Positions 52,701-64,000 of a DNA stretch of 64,000 nucleotides are shown piece by piece (the first letter of the stretch is position 1; each line of letters starts with the position of its first letter). Source of the stretch: Eledone cirrhosa (taxonomy: Eukaryota); NCBI GenBank assembly GCA_964016885.1, contig OZ024742.1:219666001-219730000 (forward strand), in the 5' to 3' direction. The notes beneath the pieces were generated by a model. It saw only the letters and a program-made list of their open reading frames with translations. It ran no database searches and was not told the DNA's origin. A program made the position numbers and the translations under genes.

Positions 52701-55700
52701 ATATTGTATGTGACTATAATATACTATATGTGAGTATAATACAATATATGTGACTATAACATAGTGAATGTGATTATAATATAGTGTATGTAAATATAAT
52801 ATACTATATGTAACTATAATATAGTGTATGTGACTATACTATATAGTATGTGACTATAATATAGTGTATGTGAGTATAATATACGATATGTAACTATAAT
52901 ATACTATATGTGACTATAATATAGTGTATGTGACTATAATATACTATATGTGACTATAATATAGTGAATGTGACTATAATATAGTGTATGTGACTATAAT
53001 ATATTGTATGTGACTATAATTTAGTGTATGTGACTATAATATATAGTACGTGACTATACTATAGTCTATTCAACTATAATATAGTGTATGTAACTATACT
53101 AAAGTGTATGTGACTATAATATAGAGTATGTGACTATAATATATTGTATGTGACTATAATATACTATATGTGAGTATAATATAATATATGTGACTATAAC
53201 ATAGTGAATGTGATTATAATATAGTGTATGTAAATATAATATACTATATGTGACTATAATATAGTGTATGTGACTATACTATATAGTATGTAACTATAAT
53301 ATAGTGTATGTGACTATACTATAGTGTATGTAACTATAATATAGTGTATGTTACTATAATATACTATATGTAACTATAATATAGTGTATGTGACTATAAT
53401 ATAGGGTATGTGACTATAATATAGTGTATGTGTCTATAATATAGTCTATGTGACTACAATATAGTGTATGTAATTATAATATAGTGTATGTGACTATAAT
53501 ATAGTGTATGTGACCATAATATATTGTATGTGACTATAATATAGTGTATGTGACTATAATATACTGTATGTGACTATACTATAGTGTATGTGACTATAAT
53601 ATAGTGTATGTGACTATACTATAGTGTATGGAATATAATATAGTGTATGTGACTATAATATAGTGTATGTGCCTATATTATACTATATGTAACTATAATA
53701 TAGTGTATGTGACTATAATATAGTGTATGTGACTATAATATAGTGTATGTAACTATAATATAGTGTATGTGACTATAATATAGTGTATGTAACTATAATA
53801 TATTGTATGTGACTATAATATAGTGTATGTGACTATAATATAGTGTATGTGACTATACTATACTATATGTGACTATAATATAGTGTATGTGACTACAATA
53901 TAGTGTATGTGACTATAATATACTATATGTAACTATAATATATTGTATGTGACTATAATATACTGTATGTGACTATAATATGTGTATGTGACTATAATAT
54001 AGTGTATGTGACTATAATATAGTGTATGTGACTATAATATAGTGTATGTGACTATAATATTGTGTATGTGACTATAATATAGAGTATGTGACTATAATAT
54101 AGTGAATGTGACTATAATATACTATATGTGACTATAATATAGTGTATGTAACTATAATATAGTGTATGTGACTATAATATAGTGTATGTGACTATAATAT
54201 ACTATATGTGACTATAATATATTATATGTGACTATAATATAGTGTATGTGACTATAAAATAGTGTATGTGACTATAAAATAGTCTATGTGAATATAATAT
54301 AGTGTATGTAACTATAATATAGTATATATAACTTTAATATAGTGTATGTGACTATAATATACTATATATAACTATAATATATAGTATGTGACTATAATAT
54401 AGTGTATGTGACTATAATATACTGTATGTGACTATAATATAATATATGTGACTATAATATAGTGTATGTAACTATAATAAAGTGTATGTGACTATAATAT
54501 AGTGTATGTGACTATAATATACTATATGTGACTATAATATATTATATGTGACTATAATATAGTGTATGTGACTATAAAATAGTCTACGTGACTATAATAT
54601 AGTGTATGTGACTATACTATAGTGTATGTGACTATAATATAGTGTATGTGACTATAATATATTATATGTGACTATAATATAGTGTATGTGACTATAATAT
54701 AGTGTATGTAATTATAATATATTGTATGTAACTATAATATAGTGTATGTGACTATCATATATTGTATGTAACTATAATATAGTGTATGTAACTATAATAT
54801 AGTGTATGTAACTATAATATAGTGTATGTGACTATAATATAGTGAATGTGACTATAATATATTGTATGTGACTATAATATAGTGTATGTGACTATAATAT
54901 ACTATATGTGACTATAATATAGTGTATGTGACTATAATATAGTGTATGTAACTATACTATAGTGTATGTGACTATAATATATTGTATGTGACTATAATAT
55001 AGTGTATGTAACTATAATATATTGTATGTGACTATAATATAGTGTATGTGACTATAATAGAGTGTATGTGACTATAATATACTATATGTGACTATAATAT
55101 AGTGTATGTGACTACAATATAGTGTATGTGACTATAATATACTATATGTAACTATAATATATTGTATGTGACTATAATATACTGTATGTGACTATAATAT
55201 GTGTATGTGACTACAATATAGTGTATGTAACTATAATATAGTGTATGTAACTATAATATAGTGTATGTGACTATAATATAGTGAATGTGACTCTAATATA
55301 GTGTATGTTACTATAATATAGTGTATGTGACTATAATATAGTGTATGTGACTATACTATAGTGTATGTGACTATAATATATTGTATGTAACTATACTATA
55401 GTGTATGTGACTATAATATATTGTATGTAACTATACTATAGTGTATGTAACTATACTATAGTGTATGTAACTATAATATAGTGTATGTGACCATACTATA
55501 GTGTATGTGACTATAATATAGTGTATGTCACTATAATATAGAGTATGTGACTATAATATATTGTATGTGACTATAATATACTATATGTGAGTATAATACA
55601 ATATATGTGACTATAACATAGTGAATGTGATTATAATATAGTGTATGTAAATATAATATACTATATGTAACTATAATATAGTGTATGTGACTATACTATA

Positions 55701-58700
55701 TAGTATGTGACTATAATATAGTGTATGTGAGTATAATATACGATATGTAACTATAATATACTATATGTGACTATAATATAGTGTATGTGACTATAATATA
55801 CTATATGTGACTATAATATAGTGAATGTGACTATAATATAGTGTATGTGACTATAATATATTGTATGTGACTATAATTTAGTGTATGTGACTATAATATA
55901 TAGTACGTGACTATACTATAGTCTATTCAACTATAATATAGTGTATGTAACTATACTAAAGTGTATGTGACTATAATATAGAGTATGTGACTATAATATA
56001 TTGTATGTGACTATAATATACTATATGTGAGTATAATATAATATATGTGACTATAACATAGTGAATGTGATTATAATATAGTGTATGTAAATATAATATA
56101 CTATATGTGACTATAATATAGTGTATGTGACTATACTATATAGTATGTAACTATAATATAGTGTATGTGACTATACTATAGTGTATGTAACTATAATATA
56201 GTGTATGTTACTATAATATACTATATGTAACTATAATATAGTGTATGTGACTATAATATAGGGTATGTGACTATAATATAGTGTATGTGTCTATAATATA
56301 GTCTATGTGACTACAATATAGTGTATGTAATTATAATATAGTGTATGTGACTATAATATAGTGTATGTGACCATAATATATTGTATGTGACTATAATATA
56401 GTGTATGTGACTATAATATACTGTATGTGACTATACTATAGTGTATGTGACTATAATATAGTGTATGTGACTATAATATAGTGTATGGAATATAATATAG
56501 TGTATGTGACTATAATATAGTGTATGTGCCTATATTATACTATATGTAACTATAATATAGTGTATGTGACTATAATATAGTGTATGTGACTATAATATAG
56601 TGTATGTAACTATAATATAGTGTATGTGACTATAATATATTGTATGTAACTATAATATAGTGTATGTAACTATAATATAGTGTATGTGACTATAATATAG
56701 TGTATGTGACTATAATATAGTGTATGTGACTATACTATAGTGTATGTGACTTTAATATAGTGTATGTGACTATAATATACTGTATGTGACTATACTATAG
56801 TGTATGTGACTATAATATAGTGTATGTGACTATACTATATTGTATGTGACTATAATATAGTGTATGTGACTATAATATAGTGTATGTGACTATAATATAG
56901 TGTGACTGTAATATAGTGTATGTAACTATAATATAGTGTATGTGACTATACTATATTGTATGTGACTATAATATAGTGTATGTGACTATAATATAGTGTG
57001 ACTGTAATATATTGTATGTGACTATAATATAGTGTATGTAACTATAATATAGTGTATGTGACTATACCTTATTGTATGTGACTATAATATAGTGTATGTG
57101 ACTATAATATAATCTATGTGACTATAATATACTATATGTAATTATAATATAGTGTATATAACTATAATATAATGTATGTGACTATAATATATTGTATGTG
57201 ACTATACTATAGTGTATGTGACTATAATATACTGTATGTGACTATAATATAGTGTATGTAACTATAATATAGTGTATGTATCTATAATATACTGTATGTG
57301 ACTATACTATAGTGTATGTGACTATAATATAGTGTATGTGACTATAATATAGTGTATGTGACTATAATATAGTGTATGTGACTATACTATGGAGTATGTG
57401 ACTTTAATATTGTGTATGTGACTATAATATACTGTATGTGACTAAACTATAGTGTATGTGACTACAATATAGTGTATGTGACTATAATATAGTGTATGTG
57501 ACTTTAATATAGTGTATGTGACTATAATATAGTGTATGTAACTATAATATAGTGTATGTTACTATACTATATTGTATGTGACTATAATATAGTGTATGTG
57601 ACTATAATATAGTGTGACTGTAATATAGTGTATGTAACTATAATATAGTGTATGTGACTATAATATACGGTATGTGACTATAATATACTGCATGTGACTA
57701 TAATATAGTGTATGTAACTATAATATAGTGTATGTGACTATAATAGAGTGTATGTGGCTATAATATAGTGTATGTGGCTATAATAGAGTGTATGTGGCTA
57801 TAATATATTGTATGTGACTATAATATACTACATGTGACTATAATATACTATATGTGACTATAATATAGTGAATGTGATTATAATATAGTGTATGTAACTA
57901 TATTATACTATATGTAACTATAATATAGTGTATGTGACTATAATATACTGTATGTGACTATAATATAGTGTATGTGACTATTATATAGTGTATGTGACTA
58001 TAATATAGTGTATGTGACTATAATATACTATATGTGACTATAATATATTATATGTGACTATAATATAGTGTATGTGACTATAAAATAGTCTACGTGACTA
58101 TAATATAGTGTATGTAACTATACTATAGTGTATGTGACTATAATATAGTGTATGTGACTATAATATATTATATGTGACTATAATATAGTGTATGTGACTG
58201 TAATATAGTGTATGTAATTATAATATATTGTATGTAACTATAATATAGTGTATGTGACTATCATATATTGTATGTAACTATAATATAGTGTATGTAACTA
58301 TAATATAGTGTATGTAACTATAATATAGTGTATGTGACTATAATATAGTGAATGTGACTATAATATATTGTATGTGACTATAATATAGTGTATGTGACTA
58401 TAATATACTATGTGTGACTATAATATAGTGTATGTGACTATAATATAGTGTATGTAACTATACTATAGTGTATGTGACTATAATATATTGTATGTGACTA
58501 TAATATAGTGTATGTAACTATAATATATTGTATGTGACTATAATATAGTGTATGTGACTATAATATAGTGTATGTGACTATAATATACTATATGTGACTA
58601 TAATATAGTGTATGTGACTACAATATAGTGTATGTGACTATAATATACTATATGTAACTACAATATATTGTATGTGACTATAATATACTGTATGTGACTA

Positions 58701-61700
58701 TAATATGTGTATGTGACTACAATATAGTGTATGTAACTATAATATAGTGTATGTAACTATAATATAGTGTATGTGACTATAATATAGTGAATGTGACTCT
58801 AATATAGTGTATGTTACTATAATATAGTGTATGTGACTATAATATAGTGTATGTGACTATAATATACTATATGTGAGTATAATATAATATATGTGACTAT
58901 AACATAGTGAATGTGATTATAATATAGTGTATGTAAATATAATATACTATATGTGACTATAATATAGTGTATGTGACTATACTATATAGTATGTAACTAT
59001 AATATAGTGTATGTGACTATACTATAGTGTATGTAACTATAATATAGTGTATGTTACTATAATATACTATATGTAACTATAATATAGTGTATGTGACTAT
59101 AATATAGGGTATGTGACTATAATATAGTGTATGTGTCTATAATATAGTCTATGTGACTACAATATAGTGTATGTAATTATAATATAGTGTATGTGACTAT
59201 AATATAGTGTATGTGACCATAATATATTGTATGTGACTATAATATAGTGTATGTGACTATAATATACTGTATGTGACTATACTATAGTGTATGTGACTAT
59301 AATATAGTGTATGTGACTATAATATAGTGTATGGAATATAATATAGTGTATGTGACTATAATATAGTGTATGTGCCTATATTATACTATATGTAACTATA
59401 ATATAGTGTATGTGACTATAATATAGTGTATGTGACTATAATATAGTGTATGTAACTATAATATAGTGTATGTGACTATAATATATTGTATGTAACTATA
59501 ATATAGTGTATGTAACTATAATATAGTGTATGTGACTATAATATAGTGTATGTGACTATAATATAGTGTATGTGACTATACTATAGTGTATGTGACTTTA
59601 ATATAGTGTATGTGACTATAATATACTGTATGTGACTATACTATAGTGTATGTGACTATAATATAGTGTATGTGACTATACTATATTGTATGTGACTATA
59701 ATATAGTGTATGTGACTATAATATAGTGTATGTGACTATAATATAGTGTGACTGTAATATAGTGTATGTAACTATAATATAGTGTATGTGACTATACTAT
59801 ATTGTATGTGACTATAATATAGTGTATGTGACTATAATATAGTGTGACTGTAATATATTGTATGTGACTATAATATAGTGTATGTAACTATAATATAGTG
59901 TATGTGACTATACCTTATTGTATGTGACTATAATATAGTGTATGTGACTATAATATAATCTATGTGACTATAATATACTATATGTAATTATAATATAGTG
60001 TATATAACTATAATATAATGTATGTGACTATAATATATTGTATGTGACTATACTATAGTGTATGTGACTATAATATACTGTATGTGACTATAATATAGTG
60101 TATGTAACTATAATATAGTGTATGTATCTATAATATACTGTATGTGACTATACTATAGTGTATGTGACTATAATATAGTGTATGTGACTATAATATAGTG
60201 TATGTGACTATAACATAGTGTATGTGACTATACTATGGAGTATGTGACTTTAATATTGTGTATGTGACTATAATATACTGTATGTGACTATACTATAGTG
60301 TATGTGACTACAATATAGTGTATGTGACTATAATATAGTGTATGTGACTTTAATATAGTGTATGTGACTATAATATAGTGTATGTAACTATAATATAGTG
60401 TATGTTACTATACTATATTGTATGTGACTATAATATAGTGTATGTGACTATAATATAGTGTGACTGTAATATAGTGTATGTAACTATAATATAGTGTATG
60501 TGACTATAATATACGGTATGTGACTATAATATACTGCATGTGACTATAATATAGTGTATGTAACTATAATATAGTGTATGTGACTATAATAGAGTGTATG
60601 TGGCTATAATATAGTGTATGTGACTATAATAGAGTGTATGTGGCTATAATATATTGTATGTGACTATAATATACTACATGTGACTATAATATACTATATG
60701 TGACTATAATATAGTGAATGTGATTATAATATAGTGTATGTAACTATATTATACTATATGTAACTATAATATAGTGTATGTGACTATAATATACTGTATG
60801 TGACTATAATATAGTGTATGTGACTATTATATAGTGTATGTGACTATAATATAGTGTATGTGACTATAATATACTATATGTGACTATAATATATTATATG
60901 TGACTATAATATAGTGTATGTGACTATAAAATAGTCTACGTGACTATAATATAGTGTATGTGACTATACTATAGTGTATGTGACTATAATATAGTGTATG
61001 TGACTATAATATATTATATGTGACTATAATATAGTGTATGTGACTATAATATAGTGTATGTAATTATAATATATTGTATGTAACTATAATATAGTGTATG
61101 TGACTATCATATATTGTATGTAACTATAATATAGTGTATGTAACTATAATATAGTGTATGTAACTATAATATAGTGTATGTGACTATAATATAGTGAATG
61201 TGACTATAATATATTGTATGTGACTATAATATAGTGTATGTGACTATAATATACTATATGTGACTATAATATAGTGTATGTGACTATAATATAGTGTATG
61301 TAACTATACTATAGTGTATGTGACTATAATATATTGTATGTGACTATAATATAGTGTATGTAACTATAATATATTGTATGTGACTATAATATAGTGTATG
61401 TGACTATAATATAGTGTATGTGACTATAATATACTATATGTGACTATAATATAGTGTATGTGACTACAATATAGTGTATGTGACTATAATATACTATATG
61501 TAACTACAATATATTGTATGTGACTATAATATACTGTATGTGACTATAATATGTGTATGTGACTACAATATAGTGTATGTAACTATAATATAGTGTATGT
61601 AACTATAATATAGTGTATGTGACTATAATATAGTGAATGTGACTCTAATATAGTGTATGTTACTATAATATAGTGTATGTGACTATAATATAGTGTATGT

Positions 61701-64000
61701 GACTATACTATAGTGTATGTGACTATAATATATTGTATGTAACTATACTATAGTGTATGTGACTATAATATATTGTATGTAACTATACTATAGTGTATGT
61801 AACTATACTATAGTGTATGTAACTATAATATAGTGTATGTGACCATACTATAGTGTATGTGACTATAATATAGTGTATGTCACTATAATATAGAGTATGT
61901 GACTATAATATATTGTATGTGACTATAATATACTATATGTGAGTATAATACAATATATGTGACTATAACATAGTGAATGTGATTATAATATAGTGTATGT
62001 AAATATAATATACTATATGTAACTATAATATAGTGTATGTGACTATACTATATAGTATGTGACTATAATATAGTGTATGTGAGTATAATATACGATATGT
62101 AACTATAATATACTATATGTGACTATAATATAGTGTATGTGACTATAATATACTATATGTGACTATAATATAGTGAATGTGACTATAATATAGTGTATGT
62201 GACTATAATATATTGTATGTGACTATAATTTAGTGTATGTGACTATAATATATAGTACGTGACTATACTATAGTCTATTCAACTATAATATAGTGTATGT
62301 AACTATACTAAAGTGTATGTGACTATAATATAGAGTATGTGACTATAATATATTGTATGTGACTATAATATACTATATGTGAGTATAATATAATATATGT
62401 GACTATAACATAGTGAATGTGATTATAATATAGTGTATGTAAATATAATATACTATATGTGACTATAATATAGTGTATGTGACTATACTATATAGTATGT
62501 AACTATAATATAGTGTATGTGACTATACTATAGTGTATGTAACTATAATATAGTGTATGTTACTATAATATACTATATGTAACTATAATATAGTGTATGT
62601 AACTATAATATAGGGTATGTGACTATAATATAGTGTATGTGTCTATAATATAGTCTATGTGACTACAATATAGTGTATGTAATTATAATATAGTGTATGT
62701 GACTATAATATAGTGTATGTGACCATAATATATTGTATGTGACTATAATATAGTGTATGTGACTATAATATACTGTATGTGACTATACTATAGTGTATGT
62801 GACTATAATATAGTGTATGTGACTATAATATAGTGTATGGAATATAATATAGTGTATGTGCCTATATTATACTATATGTAACTATAATATAGTGTATGTG
62901 ACTATAATATAGTGTATGTGACTATAATATAGTGTATGTAACTATAATATAGTGTATGTGACTATAATATACTGTATGTGACTATAATATAGTGTATGTG
63001 ACTATTATATAGTGTATGTGACTATAATATAGTGTATGTGACTATAATATACTATATGTGACTATAATATACTATGTGTGACTATAATATAGTGTATGTG
63101 ACTATAATATAATGTATGTGACTATAATATACTATATGTAACTATAATATAGTGTATGTGACTATACTATATAGTATGTGACTATAATATAGTGTATGTG
63201 AGTATAATATACGATATGTAACTATAATATACTATATGTGACTATAATATAGTGTATGTGACTATAATATACTATATGTGACTATAATATAGTGAATGTG
63301 ACTATAATATAGTGTATGTGACTATAATATATTGTATGTGACTATAATTTAGTGTATGTGACTATAATATATAGTACGTGACGATACTATAGTCTATTCA
63401 ACTATAATATAGTGTATGTAACTATACTAAAGTGTATGTGACTATAATATAGAGTATGTGACTATAATATATTGTATGTGACTATAATATACTATATGTG
63501 AGTATAATATAATATATGTGACTATAACATAGTGAATGTGATTATAATATAGTGTATGTAAATATAATATACTATATGTGACTATAATATAGTGTATGTG
63601 ACTATACTATATAGTATGTAACTATAATATAGTGTATGTGACTATACTATAGTGTATGTAACTATAATATAGTGTATGTTACTATAATATACTATATGTA
63701 ACTATAATATAGTGTATGTAACTATAATATAGGGTATGTGACTATAATATAGTGTATGTGTCTATAATATAGTCTATGTGACTACAATATAGTGTATGTA
63801 ATTATAATATAGTGTATGTGACTATAATATAGTGTATGTGACTATAATATAGTGTATGTAACTATAATATAGTGTATGTGACTATAATATATTGTATGTA
63901 ACTATAATATAGTGTATGTAACTATAATATAGTGTATGTGACTATAATATAGTGTATGTGACTATAATATAGTGTATGTGACTATAATATAGTGTGACTG
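46730..64000. repeat. 20-bp satellite (consensus GTGACTATAATATAGTGTAT), >17 kb including the LINE insertion, runs off the window
   Basis: Continuous 20-bp periodicity with variant monomers recurring in kb-scale blocks. Confidence 0.99.
47678..48868 (-). mobile_element. 5'-truncated RTE-like LINE inserted in the satellite
   Basis: Open frame DSFRYLGDKISSGGGC...LYDACIRTAMLHGSETW...RRLRWYGHVMR...GRPRKTW; 3'UTR with ~109-bp tandem duplication (47787-48010); (TGA)n tail. Confidence 0.92.

Noticed and set aside
46730-64000. CRISPR-like array
   Set aside because: Monomers are contiguous with no unique spacers, there are no cas genes and the context is eukaryotic; it is a satellite

Overview
AT-rich, repeat-dense animal genomic DNA, most likely a cephalopod (octopus-like). 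That attribution is an inference from the TGEKP-type C2H2 array, tRNA-headed SINEs, RTE/Penelope/CRE retroelements and (TA)n tracts. Host coding content is small: an intact cysteine-type glutathione S-transferase with an uninterrupted CDS (7787-8446, +), a frameshifted multi-finger C2H2 zinc-finger pseudogene (~16570-19144, -) and the last coding exon of a caspase-3/7-like gene (46081-46328, -). The presumed upstream intron of the caspase gene is filled by a >17 kb 20-bp satellite with kb-scale higher-order structure and an inserted RTE LINE. The rest is mobile DNA. The main items are an 8-kb head-to-tail Helitron array (one decayed RepHel element plus two internally deleted derivatives joined at exact CTAG|TC junctions, apparently nested in a solo LTR), five CRE-clade non-LTR retrotransposon remnants (the longest sitting in TTAGGG-like sequence between the arms of a foldback repeat), Penelope-like remnants with a hammerhead ribozyme, solo LTRs, SINEs and LINE fragments. 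I found no convincing wholly new biological system. The best leads are the Helitron array with its retained STPR mini-ORF, the telomere-motif/foldback CRE insertion, the hammerhead and the satellite-filled caspase intron. All calls were made by eye without database searches; unless junction bases are quoted, coordinates are approximate.
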